Source of the DNA: Chromatiaceae bacterium
GTDB lineage: Bacteria; Pseudomonadota; Gammaproteobacteria; Chromatiales; Chromatiaceae
DNA: 35,699 nt
Reading direction: 5' to 3'
Assembly (NCBI GenBank): GCA_041736365.1
Contig: JBGSTR010000023.1
Coordinates: 1 to 35,699 of the forward strand
Positions 6,918 through 17,928 of this stretch are shown piece by piece. Within the stretch, counting starts at the first letter, position 1. Every line of letters begins with the position of its first letter. The notes below the pieces were generated by a model that saw only the letters and a program-made list of their open reading frames with translations, did no database searches and was not told where the DNA came from. Made by a program: the position numbers and the translations under genes.

Positions 6918-9620
6918 TCAGTGAGCCTCGTCCCAATTGTCGCCCACCCCGATGTCGACCACCAGCGGCACGGCCAGGTCGGCCGCCGATTCCATGGATG
7001 CGCGGATCGCGATCAATGCCTCGTCGAGCGCACCCTGCGCCACCTCGAACACCAGCTCGTCGTGGACCTGCATGATCATCCGCACCGGCGGCCGTGCGGA
7101 CTCGATCCAGTGGTCCACGGCGATCATGGCGCGCTTGATGATGTCGGCCGCGGTACCCTGCATCGGGGCGTTGATGGCCGTACGCTCGGCCGCCGCGCGC
7201 CGGCTCTGGTTGCTGTGGTCGATCTCGGCGAGATAGAGACGGCGACCGAACAGCGTCTCGATGAAATGGTCTTCCCGCGCTTGGACGCGGGTGCGCTCCA
7301 TGAACGACTTCACGCCCGGATAGCGGTTGAAGTAGAGATCGACATATTCCTGGGCGGCGCGGCGCTCGATCCCGAGCTGGCGCGCGAGCCCGAACGCGGA
7401 CATTCCGTAGATCAGGCCGAAGTTGATGGCCTTCGCTGAGCGACGTTGCTCGGCGGTGACCGCGTCCGGCTCGAGCCCCAGGATCTCCGCGGCGGTGGCC
7501 CGGTGGATGTCCTGGCCGCTGGCGAAGGCGGCGAGTAGACGCTCGTCGCCGGAGAGATGGGCCATGATTCGCAGCTCGATCTGAGAATAATCGGCGGCGA
7601 CGATCCGATGCCCGGGGTCCGGGATGAATGCACGACGGATGCGCCGACCCTCGGCTGTGCGGATCGGGATGTTCTGCAGGTTCGGGTCGCTGGAGGAGAG
7701 CCGGCCGGTGGCGGCCACCGCTTGGTGGTAGCAGGTGTGCACGCGCCCGGTCTGCGGGTTCACCATCTGGCACAGCTTCTCGGTATAGGTCGATCGCAGC
7801 TTGGAGAGTCCGCGGTGCCGCAGGATCAGGTCGGGCAGGGCGTGTCCGTCCGCGGCGAGCTGCTCCAGGACCGACTCCGACGTCGACGGTGCGCCCTTGG
7901 GGGTCTTGGACACCACCGGGAGTCCGAGCTCTTCGAAGAAGATCTCGCCGATCTGCTTCGGCGAGCCCATGTTGAACGGCCGTCCCGCGGTCTCGTACGC
8001 TTGCTGCTCAAGCTCGCAGATGCGCAGCGACAGCTCCTGGCTCAGGCCCGCGAGCAGGGTGTGGTCGATGCGCACGCCGTTGCGCTCCATGCGCGAGAGG
8101 ATTGGCACCAGGGGGATCTCGATCTCCTGATACAGACCGGCGAGCCTCCCGAGCGATTGCAGCTTCGGCCACAGCACGTGATGCAGGCGCAGGGTCACGT
8201 CGGCGTCCTCGGCGGCGTAGTGCCCTGCCTGCTCCAACGGGATTTGGTCGAAGGTCAGTTGGCGGGCACCCTTGCCGGCGATGTCCTCGAAGTGAACGGT
8301 GTTGTAGTCGAGATACTTCTTCGCCAACGAGTCCATGTCGTGGCGGGTCGCGGTGCTGTCGAGCACATAGCTCTCGAGCATGGTGTCGTGGACCAGACCG
8401 CGCATCGCGATGCCGCAGCGTGCGAGCACGCTCATGTCGTACTTTAGGTTTTGTCCGACCTTCGGCCGTTCGGGGTCCTCCAGCAGCGGCTTGAGTCGCT
8501 GAAGCACCCACTCGCGCGGGAGCTGGTCCGGCGCGCCGGGGTAGACGTGGGCCAGGGGCACATAGGCCGCCCGGCCCGGCTCGATACAGAACGAGACGCC
8601 AACCAGCTCCGCGCGCATATAGTCGAGTGCTGTCGTCTCGGTATCGAAGGCGAAGAGCGGCGCGCTCTCCAGCCGCGAGAGCCAGGCCTCGAACGCCGCC
8701 TCGGTAAGCACCACCTGGTAGTCGGCGGCGATCGCCGAGGGTGGCGGGGTGCCCGCGCCGACGGGGTCGTCCTTGAGCGTGGCGAGCAATCGTCGCGACT
8801 CGATGCGCTGATACCAACCGCGCAGCGCTTCCGTGTCCGGCGGGGTGGGGCGCAGATCGGCCGGCGCGAGATCGAGATCGAGATCGCAACGGATTCGGGC
8901 CAGCTCCCGCGACAGCGCCAGGGTCGGTATGGTCGCGCGCAGATTCTCGCCGACTTTGCCCTTCACCTGATCGGCGTTGGCGATCACGCCGTCCAAATCG
9001 CCGTATTCCTGGATCCACTTCGCCGCGGTCTTGGGTCCGCAGCCCGGAACGCCGGGGATGTTGTCGACGCTGTCGCCGGTAAGGGTCAGGTAGTCGATGA
9101 TGCGCTCCGGGGGGACACCGAATTTCTCGATCACGCGCGCCCGATCCAGCACGCTGTCGCTCATGGTGTTCACCAGGGTCACGTGGTCGCCGACCAGCTG
9201 CGCCATGTCCTTGTCGCCGGTCGAGACCAGTGTCGACATGCCGAGCTCGGTCGCCCGGACGGCCAACGTACCGATCACGTCGTCCGCCTCCACCCCGGGG
9301 ACCGCCAGCAGCGGCAGACCCATCGCGCGGATAATCTCCTGCAAGGGCTGGATCTGCTCGCGCAGGTCGTCGGGCATCGGCGGGCGGTTGGCCTTGTAGG
9401 CCTCGAACAGATCGTCGCGAAAGGTCTTTCCCGGGGCGTCGAAGACGACGCCGATGAGCTCCGGTCGATAGTCGTCGACGAGCTTGCGCACCATGCTGAG
9501 CACCCCGATCAGGGCGCCGGTGCCCTCGCCGCGGGAGTTGGTCAGCTTCGGCAATGCGTGATAGGCCCGGAACAGATATCCGGAGGCGTCGATCAGGACC
9601 AGTGGATGCTGCGCTGACAT
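6918..9620 (-). CDS. polA: DNA polymerase I
   Basis: 900 aa. 5'-3' exonuclease N-terminus (LIDASGYLFRAYHALP), 3'-5' exonuclease domain (FAFDTETT), and polymerase motifs (DYSQIELRIMAH, RRSAKAINFGLIYGMS, QVHDELVFE). Confidence 0.98.
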   Translation of the reverse strand: MSAQHPLVLIDASGYLFRAYHALPKLTNSRGEGTGALIGVLSMVRKLVDDYRPELIGVVFDAPGKTFRDDLFEAYKANRPPMPDDLREQIQPLQEIIRAMGLPLLAVPGVEADDVIGTLAVRATELGMSTLVSTGDKDMAQLVGDHVTLVNTMSDSVLDRARVIEKFGVPPERIIDYLTLTGDSVDNIPGVPGCGPKTAAKWIQEYGDLDGVIANADQVKGKVGENLRATIPTLALSRELARIRCDLDLDLAPADLRPTPPDTEALRGWYQRIESRRLLATLKDDPVGAGTPPPSAIAADYQVVLTEAAFEAWLSRLESAPLFAFDTETTALDYMRAELVGVSFCIEPGRAAYVPLAHVYPGAPDQLPREWVLQRLKPLLEDPERPKVGQNLKYDMSVLARCGIAMRGLVHDTMLESYVLDSTATRHDMDSLAKKYLDYNTVHFEDIAGKGARQLTFDQIPLEQAGHYAAEDADVTLRLHHVLWPKLQSLGRLAGLYQEIEIPLVPILSRMERNGVRIDHTLLAGLSQELSLRICELEQQAYETAGRPFNMGSPKQIGEIFFEELGLPVVSKTPKGAPSTSESVLEQLAADGHALPDLILRHRGLSKLRSTYTEKLCQMVNPQTGRVHTCYHQAVAATGRLSSSDPNLQNIPIRTAEGRRIRRAFIPDPGHRIVAADYSQIELRIMAHLSGDERLLAAFASGQDIHRATAAEILGLEPDAVTAEQRRSAKAINFGLIYGMSAFGLARQLGIERRAAQEYVDLYFNRYPGVKSFMERTRVQAREDHFIETLFGRRLYLAEIDHSNQSRRAAAERTAINAPMQGTAADIIKRAMIAVDHWIESARPPVRMIMQVHDELVFEVAQGALDEALIAIRASMESAADLAVPLVVDIGVGDNWDEAH

Positions 9621-9704
9621 GGAATTTTCTCGGCTAACCGTTGGCGACCGTTGGCCGCTCGGGTGGCGTTCGGCGGGGGCGGGAGTAGGCCCCGTCGCCG
9701 CGGA

Positions 9705-10154
9705 TCAGTCCTCGACCCAGCGCACCGTCAGCGCGGGCAGCTCGCGGTAGAGGATGCCCATCGGCGCTCGCGCGCTCAGCGTCAGGATGCGGGTCCCCGA
9801 GGCGTACACGAGGTGGTACGTCTGAAACAGATGGAGCTCACCGTCTTGCGACAAGAGTTGGAAGAGCTCCGGCAGCGGCGGCTCCGGATGATCGCCGAGC
9901 TCCAAGCGCGCGCCGCCCATCTCCACGGCGGTGCGGTGCAGCAGGATCGGGGGCACGTCTTCGGGTTTGTGACCGAGGAAGTGCGGATACAGCGCCCGCT
10001 TGATCGCCGGCTCGAGGATCAGGCCGACCTGGGCATCGCCCAGCAGCCAACGCATGTGGTGTCGCTCGTCCGCGATCTTCTCGTGCTCGCCGAATGCCTG
10101 GGCCCAGCCCTTGAAGAAGGCCGCGTAGCGACGAACCAAGCGGTCTTTTGTCAT
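9705..10154 (-). CDS. hypothetical protein (149 aa)
   Basis: Protein-like composition from MTKDRLVRRYAAFFKGWAQAFGEHEK... onward. The upstream part of the 193-aa track ORF looks non-coding. I recognised no family. It lies 84 nt upstream of polA on the same strand. Confidence 0.5.
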   Translation of the reverse strand: MTKDRLVRRYAAFFKGWAQAFGEHEKIADERHHMRWLLGDAQVGLILEPAIKRALYPHFLGHKPEDVPPILLHRTAVEMGGARLELGDHPEPPLPELFQLLSQDGELHLFQTYHLVYASGTRILTLSARAPMGILYRELPALTVRWVED

Positions 10155-10388
10155 CGTTTTCGCTCGTTTCGCATCGTCGCAACCCTTGATGCCGGGCCCG
10201 CTGCCGCCGGCCAGACTGCTTTCGATTGTACCTGCCCGGAGCACTTGCGGCACGTTTGCCGGCGCCACGCCCTCCGACAACGCCATCGTGGCGCGGCCCT
10301 GAAATCAAGAACTAGGCAACAAACCGGCGCTGCTTTCTAGCCTACCATCCGATCGCACATCCCGTTCAAAACCGGTCACTACTTGTCG

Positions 10389-11903
10389 ATGCGATGGCGT
10401 TCGTTTCCGACTCGTGCCGCGGCGATCGTGCTGGCGATCGCCGGGAGCTCGTGGTCGTCCGCCGAGAGTCCGAGTCTCGCCGGCGCCGTCCCGGACGCAC
10501 CCGTCCAGGCCCAAGGGGCTTGGCCCGAAGAGACGCAGCTCGTCGTCACGTCCGCGGTCTTCGACCCGGCGACGCGTCGCTTGTCGATCACGGGCGCCAA
10601 TTTCGGCACCGGGCGGCTGCCCAGCGTCAAGCTGGGCTCCCTCGCGCTCTCGATTAGTCGCTTCGGCGACGACTACCTGACTACCGATCCCTTGCCCCCG
10701 GCCGTCGGCCCGGGCGCCTACCTGTTGACCGTGATTGCCGGAAGCGACCGATCTCGCTTCGACGTCTTCAGCGTCAACATTGGTTCTCCGGGCGCAGACG
10801 GGGGGGAGCGCAGGTCCGTGGTGCCGCGGGGGAACCGCATCCGCTCGGTGGATCGCGAGGGCGACGTGGGCTGGGACACGACCATCGCGATCGGTACCGA
10901 CGGGCTGCCGCTAATCGCCTACCTGGACTACAGCAACCGAGACCTCAAGCTCGCTCGTTGTCTGGATGACCGCTGCTCGGGCGCGGCGATCCGGCGCATC
11001 GACACCCAAGGTGACGTCGGCTGGTCTCCCGCGCTGGCGATTGGCGCCGACGGGTTGCCGGTTATGAGCTACTTCGACAGCACCAACCGCGACCTCAAGC
11101 TCGCGCGCTGTCTCGATCCGGGGTGCGACGCGACGGAGCTCCACACCGTCGACAGCGAGGGGTACGTCGGTCAGCACAGCGCCTTGATCATCGGCCGCGA
11201 CGGGCTTCCGGTCATCAGCTACTACGACAAGACGCACGGCGATCTCAAGGTCGCCCAGTGCCTCGATCCGGGTTGTGCGCGGGCGAGCATCTCCGCGATC
11301 GATCGTGCCGGCGATGTAGGCTGGTATACGGGCATCGCCCTCGGTGCCGACGGCAACCCCATCATCAGCTACTTCGACAGCTCGCATCGCGATTTGAAGG
11401 TTGCCCGCTGCGACAACCCCGGGTGCTCGTCCGCTTTGATCTCGGTGCTCGATAGCGGGGGCGTCGGGCTGGGCACGACGATCGCCGTGTTGGACGATGG
11501 GCGACCGATCATCGTCTATTGGGACTTCTTCAACGACGATCTAAAGCTGGCGCGCTGCACGAGCCCGGAGTGCGCCACGGCGGATCTGTCGGCGATTGAC
11601 CGCGACGGCTCCGTGGGATCTAATGCGGCGATGGTCCTCGGCCGTGACGGCTTTCCCGTTATCAGCTACCACGACCATTCCAGCAGCAATCTCAAGATTG
11701 CCCATTGCGCCGATTCGGCGTGCGCAACGGTACGTATCAGCGTGCCCGATGCCGCGGGATCCGTCGGGTGGCATACGGCGATCGCGATCGGGGTGGACGG
11801 CTACCCCGTGATCAGCTATTACGACGAGACCAACGGCGATCTCAAGGTGCTCACCTGCGGCGACGCCTACTGCGGCACGGCCGTGGACGCGACCTTGGAT
11901 TAG
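10389..11903 (+). CDS. secreted IPT/TIG-like domain protein with seven ~50-aa Cys-pair repeats (predicted beta-propeller-like)
   Basis: Signal peptide MRWRSFPTRAAAIVLAIAGSSWS. An IPT-like segment follows (LSITGANFGTGRLPSVKLGSLAL...GAYLLTVIAG). Then come seven repeats of consensus D-x-x-G-D-V-G-W-x3-IAIG-x-DG-L/F-P-V-I-S-Y-x-D-x3-x-D-L-K-x-A-x-C-x4-C. ATG 10389 is preferred over TTG 10383. Confidence 0.8.
   Translation: MRWRSFPTRAAAIVLAIAGSSWSSAESPSLAGAVPDAPVQAQGAWPEETQLVVTSAVFDPATRRLSITGANFGTGRLPSVKLGSLALSISRFGDDYLTTDPLPPAVGPGAYLLTVIAGSDRSRFDVFSVNIGSPGADGGERRSVVPRGNRIRSVDREGDVGWDTTIAIGTDGLPLIAYLDYSNRDLKLARCLDDRCSGAAIRRIDTQGDVGWSPALAIGADGLPVMSYFDSTNRDLKLARCLDPGCDATELHTVDSEGYVGQHSALIIGRDGLPVISYYDKTHGDLKVAQCLDPGCARASISAIDRAGDVGWYTGIALGADGNPIISYFDSSHRDLKVARCDNPGCSSALISVLDSGGVGLGTTIAVLDDGRPIIVYWDFFNDDLKLARCTSPECATADLSAIDRDGSVGSNAAMVLGRDGFPVISYHDHSSSNLKIAHCADSACATVRISVPDAAGSVGWHTAIAIGVDGYPVISYYDETNGDLKVLTCGDAYCGTAVDATLD
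10848..11900 (+). repeat. seven tandem 150-bp coding repeats
   Basis: The unit starts recur every 150 nt (for example GATCGCGAGGGCGACGTGGGCTGG at 10851 and GACACCCAAGGTGACGTCGGCTGG at 11001). Each unit ends in a C-x4-C pair: CLDDRC, CLDPGC, CLDPGC, CDNPGC, CTSPEC, CADSAC, CGDAYC. Confidence 0.85.
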
Positions 11904-11984
11904 GCGGCGCGGCGCAGGGGCACCTCGTCGCGTCATGGCGTGCTTGTCGCCTCGCCCCCCGATCTGCGAGCAACTTGCGCAACC

Positions 11985-12989
11985 ATGAAACCCAACAAGC
12001 CACTGCCGTTTTTTCACCCCACCCGAGTGGCGTTCGTCGATGACGACCGGGCGTTTCTGAATCTATTGCCGTTGCGGATCAACCCGAATCTTCCCTTCCT
12101 GCGATTCGACTCGGCGCGGGAGCTCCTGAGCGAGCTCGCGAGCGGCTACCTGCAAGCCTCGTTGGATCTCGACTGGTGGGACGCCTATGTCTCCGATCGC
12201 GATGACGAAGCCAACGACCAGCTCGTCGCATTCGACAAATCGATGATCTTCCTGCGCGTCTTCAATCGTGCGCGCTTCGGGCTGATCAGCGTGGTGGTGA
12301 TCGACTTTCAGATGCCGGAGATGTCCGGCATCGACCTGTGCCGAAAGCTGGCGCACCTGCCGTGCAAGAAAATACTGTTGACCGGTCAGGCGGACGCGGC
12401 GCTCGCGGTCAATGCCTTCAACGAAGGTTTGATCGACCTGTTCTTGCCCAAGCTCCACCCGGACCTCGACGGGGAGCTCAACCGCGCCATCGAGCGCTTC
12501 CAGTACGCGTTCCTCGAACAGGCGACCGGAGTCATTGCTGCGGTGCTCAAGGCGATGGACCCGGGGGTCTGGGACAGCCCTTCGTTCTCGTCGTTTCTCC
12601 ATCGCATTTGCAGCGACCGCGGCATCGTCGAGTACTACGCGATCGAGGAGCCGAAGGGCTATCTATTGGTGGATGCGGACGGACGCGCCGGGCTGCTGTT
12701 GCTGTTCGATGATCGCCAGTTGGAAGCCCAGGCCGCCTCCGCCGCCGCCTCTCGCGCGCCGGAAGGCGTGGTTGTCCGAGTGCAGAGTCGGCGCGGCGCC
12801 CTGTACTTTCCCTACGACGATTCCTCCCGGGTGCTCTCCGCGGACCAGTGGTGGGCCGGTTGCGTGCCGCTGCACCCGCTTCCCGGCTGCGACGACCGCT
12901 ACTATGCACTGCTCGATAAGCCCCAACCGTTTCTGGTAGACCCGGAAACCGTGCTCGGCCTGGCTCGTTATCTCGACTACGTCGTCTGA
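11985..12989 (+). CDS. response-regulator receiver-domain protein with an uncharacterised ~200-aa C-terminal domain
   Basis: Receiver signature: RVAFVDDDRAFL (acidic pocket), VVVIDFQMPEMSG (phospho-acceptor Asp), KKILLTGQAD (Thr), FLPKL (Lys). No helix-turn-helix or enzymatic output motif recognised. No adjacent histidine kinase. Start at ATG 11985 (MKPNKP). Confidence 0.75.
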   Translation: MKPNKPLPFFHPTRVAFVDDDRAFLNLLPLRINPNLPFLRFDSARELLSELASGYLQASLDLDWWDAYVSDRDDEANDQLVAFDKSMIFLRVFNRARFGLISVVVIDFQMPEMSGIDLCRKLAHLPCKKILLTGQADAALAVNAFNEGLIDLFLPKLHPDLDGELNRAIERFQYAFLEQATGVIAAVLKAMDPGVWDSPSFSSFLHRICSDRGIVEYYAIEEPKGYLLVDADGRAGLLLLFDDRQLEAQAASAAASRAPEGVVVRVQSRRGALYFPYDDSSRVLSADQWWAGCVPLHPLPGCDDRYYALLDKPQPFLVDPETVLGLARYLDYVV

Positions 12990-13046
12990 GGGTTGACTCG
13001 GATCGGTCCGCGGGTAAGTCGGCCGGGGCTGCGAGCGGGAGGCTGG

Positions 13047-13083
13047 AAATAAAAAGGCCGCTTCGAAAGGTGTAGAAGCGGCC
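13047..13083 (-). terminator. rho-independent terminator of the metF operon
   Basis: Minus strand reads GGCCGCTTC-tacacctttc-GAAGCGGCC followed by TTTTTATTT, 86 nt downstream of the metF stop. A second hairpin, GGTTCCG...CGGAACC, lies at 13101-13135. Confidence 0.8.
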
Positions 13084-13168
13084 GTGTAAGGAGGAGTGGA
13101 TGGTTCCGGGGCTTAAATTACCCTTCTCGGAACCGGGTGTATTTGCGAATTATCAATCCACCGCTGAT

Positions 13169-14044
13169 TCAATCTTGCGCCGCGATTTGCGCCGTCGCGT
13201 CGCGGCGCGCGCCTAGTGCATCCAGCAGCGCGAGCGTCGGGGCGGACTGGTTCATGGTGTAAAAATGCAGGCCGGGCGCGCCGCCCGCGATCAGCCGACG
13301 GCAGAGGTTCAGCGTTACTTCGTGACCAAACGCCCTAATACTCGCGACGTCATCGCCGAAGCCCGCCAAGCGACGGCGGATCCAGCGCGGTATCTCGGCG
13401 CCGCAGGCGTCCGAAAAACGTGCGAGCTGGGTGTAGTTGGTGATCGGCATGATGCCCGGGACGATCGGCAGCTCGATGCCGTGGGTCCGGCAGTTTTCCA
13501 CGAAACCGAAGTAGGCATCGCAGTTGTAGAAGTACTGCGTAATTGCACGGTTCGCCCCGGCATCGACCTTGCGTTTGAAGTTTTCCAGATCGCGCGCCGG
13601 ACTCGCCTCGTTCTGCGGGTGATACTCCGGGTAGGCCGCGACTTCGATATGAAACGCCGAGCCGAATTCCGCGCGTACGAACGCGACCAGCTCGTTGGCA
13701 TAGCGGAAGTCCCCGCCCGCGACCGCGCCCATGCCGGAAGGAAGGTCCCCGCGCAGGGCGACCAGTCGCCGGATGCCCTGTTCGCGATAGTGGCCGAGTA
13801 TCGTACGAACCTCGGCGTAGCTGGACCCGATGCACGCCAGATGAGGCGCGGTCTCGATGTCCCCGCCGCGCAGCCAGGAGACGGTCTCGAAGGTCCGCTC
13901 GCGGGTGGATCCGCCCGCGCCGTAGGTCACCGAGAAGTACTCGGGGGCGGCGCCCCGCAGCTCGCCGACGGCCAGTTGGAGCTTGCGCATTCCCTCCGGC
14001 GTCTTGGGCGGAAACAGCTCGAAGCTCAGGCTCAGTCCTTTCAC
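13169..14044 (-). CDS. metF: 5,10-methylenetetrahydrofolate reductase
   Basis: LSFELFPPKT...VTYGAGGSTRERT...APHLACIG...VALRGD...AAYPE.HP...KRKVDAGANRAITQ.F. blocks match MetF. Start placed at GTG 14044, which has GGAG 7 nt upstream. The track start 14083 is also a GTG but has no SD. Confidence 0.92.
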   Translation of the reverse strand: MKGLSLSFELFPPKTPEGMRKLQLAVGELRGAAPEYFSVTYGAGGSTRERTFETVSWLRGGDIETAPHLACIGSSYAEVRTILGHYREQGIRRLVALRGDLPSGMGAVAGGDFRYANELVAFVRAEFGSAFHIEVAAYPEYHPQNEASPARDLENFKRKVDAGANRAITQYFYNCDAYFGFVENCRTHGIELPIVPGIMPITNYTQLARFSDACGAEIPRWIRRRLAGFGDDVASIRAFGHEVTLNLCRRLIAGGAPGLHFYTMNQSAPTLALLDALGARRDATAQIAAQD

Positions 14045-14132
14045 CTTTTTTCTCCGTGGGTGCGCAAGGGCTGCGCCCACCACAACGCGCTCGAGGCGCG
14101 CCTCCGCGTTGTGGTTGAGCGCTAGCCCGCCG

Positions 14133-15539
<1,407 letters not shown>

Positions 15540-15565
15540 GGTTATCAGCTCCTGATCAATCTTGA

Positions 15566-15640
15566 GTGAGCGTCGTTGTGGGTTTGGATCTGCGTCGAGC
15601 CTGACGAGGCTGTGCCTCGTTGCAACGCTCCTCGACGCAG
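15566..15640 (-). promoter_or_regulatory. SAH riboswitch (S-adenosylhomocysteine-sensing, Rfam SAH_riboswitch class)
   Basis: Minus strand: CUGCGUCGAGGAGCGUUGCAACGAGGCACAGCCUCGUCAGGCUCGACGCAGAUCCAAACCCACAACGACGCUCAC. It contains the conserved GAGGAGCG(C/U)UGC, CAGGCUCG and ACAACG.CGCUCAC blocks. P1 is GUCGAG/CUCGAC, P4 is CGAGGC/GCCUCG, and the pseudoknot is GAGCGUUG/CAACG-CGCUC. It sits 27 nt upstream of the ahcY start, which is the canonical genomic context. Confidence 0.85.
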
Positions 15641-15731
15641 ACGGGTATGTATGGGCACTTCCCGGCGGCATCCACCTCGGATTTGGGCGGACCGGATTTT
15701 TCTTCGGTGATCGACGACGAATCCCCCGAAA

Positions 15732-15886
15732 TTTAGGGAATCCCGATTGATCGGGTTTCCCGTCCGGGCCGGGCTGGCCCGGCACTCTCAAGCACCTCAA
15801 GCGCCTGACAATGGAGCAGCATGAGCGTCGCGCCTCTCGAGCTGCGAGCTGATCGAATGCCGGGAAGGCATCCGATCAGCGTCTTC

Positions 15887-15892
<6 letters not shown>
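15732..15892 (+). repeat. structured ~165-bp repeat, copy 2
   Basis: Same architecture as copy 1: TTTAGGGAATCCCGAT-TG-ATCGGGTTTCCCGTCCGGGCCGGGCTGGCCCGG...AATGGAGC...GCGCCTCTCG...GAGCTGATCGAATGCCGGGAAGGCATCCGATCAGCGTCTTCTCAGAG. Its right end overlaps the metK stop codon (15887-15889). Confidence 0.85.
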
Positions 15893-17056
<1,164 letters not shown>

Positions 17057-17117
17057 GTCTGTGAATTCGTTGCTGGTTCAAGCGAGACGGCGTCGGAACG
17101 GCGCGCGAAAGCGGAGC

Positions 17118-17145
17118 ATTGTAGGCGGGTTTTGTTGTGCGTCAA
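17118..17145 (-). promoter_or_regulatory. candidate sigma70 promoter of metK
   Basis: Minus strand reads TTGACG-16 nt-TACAAT, ending about 60 nt upstream of the metK ATG and directly abutting repeat copy 3. Confidence 0.4.
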
Positions 17146-17146
17146 C

Positions 17147-17310
17147 GCAAGGTAAGCGCGGATTGCCGCGTTTCACGTCCGGGCCGGGGATGGCGCCGGC
17201 ATTTTCGCCCGTCTCAAGCGGCCGAAAATGGAGCGCCCCGAGGGTAGCGCCTCGCGGAGCGCGCGGCGGCCAAATGCCGGGAAGCCATCGGGTCGGCGCG
17301 TCATTAAGGT
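17147..17310 (+). repeat. structured ~165-bp repeat, copy 3 (most diverged)
   Basis: …GGTAAGCGCGG-ATTG-CCGCGTTTCACGTCCGGGCCGGGGATGGCGCCGGCATTTTCGCC…GGCCGAAAATGGAGCGCCCCGAGGGTAGCGCCTCGCGGAGCGC…AAATGCCGGGAAGCCATCGGG…TCATTAAGG. It has the same hairpin order, but the stem sequences are changed on both arms. Confidence 0.8.
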
Positions 17311-17370
17311 GTTCGAGCGCGGAGCGCTTCCGCTACCATTGTCGGCACGCAACTCCACCGGATTGAGTCA

Positions 17371-17928
17371 ATGGCAGCCCTTGAAACCCCCATCTGCGAC
17401 TTCGGTTCACCGGCACCGGACTTCTCCCTGCCCGGCGTCGACGGCAAGATCTGGACGCGGGACGCCTGCCGGGGCGACCGCGGTTTGCTGGTGATGTTCA
17501 TCTGCAATCACTGCCCATTCGTCAAGGCGGTGCGCAGTCGCATCCTGCGCGACGCCAGGGATCTCGCCGCACTCGGCATCGGCAGCGTGGCCATCATGTC
17601 GAACGACACGCTCGAGTACCCCGAGGACTCGTTCGAGGCCATGCAGCGGATCGCCGCGGAATTCGACTACCCGTTTCCCTATCTCTTGGACGAGACCCAG
17701 TCCGTGGCGCGCGCCTACGGGGCGGTTTGCACCCCGGACTTTTTCGGCTACGACGCCGGCTTGGGATTGCAGTACCGTGGCCGGCTTGACGAAAGTCGTC
17801 GCGAGACGGCGCCGGAGACGGTTCGCCGCGACCTGTTCGAGGCCATGGAGCAGATTGCCGAAACCGGTCGCGGGCCCGCCGAGCAGATTCCGAGCATGGG
17901 CTGCTCGATTAAGTGGAAGGCTGCATAA
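17371..17928 (+). CDS. thioredoxin-fold protein (redoxin/AhpC-TSA-like, CxxC)
   Basis: 185 aa. PAPDFSLPGVDGK...LLVMFICNHCPFVKAV has a CNHC redox motif in a thioredoxin-fold context. This is a widely conserved 'thioredoxin family protein' pattern. Confidence 0.75.
   Translation: MAALETPICDFGSPAPDFSLPGVDGKIWTRDACRGDRGLLVMFICNHCPFVKAVRSRILRDARDLAALGIGSVAIMSNDTLEYPEDSFEAMQRIAAEFDYPFPYLLDETQSVARAYGAVCTPDFFGYDAGLGLQYRGRLDESRRETAPETVRRDLFEAMEQIAETGRGPAEQIPSMGCSIKWKAA

Noticed and set aside
13100-13216. 38-codon ORF with a strong SD (AAGGAGGAGTGG-ATG) in the RR/metF convergent spacer
   Set aside because: It starts just after the bidirectionally placed terminator hairpin, has no promoter, runs antisense into the metF 3' end, and has Arg-rich junk composition in its second half. 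The SD-like string is probably fortuitous.
15540-15800. 87-codon N-terminal extension of ahcY in the 555-aa track ORF
   Set aside because: The extension reads through the SAH riboswitch and into repeat copy 2. AhcY homology begins at GTG 15539, which has an AGGAG SD.
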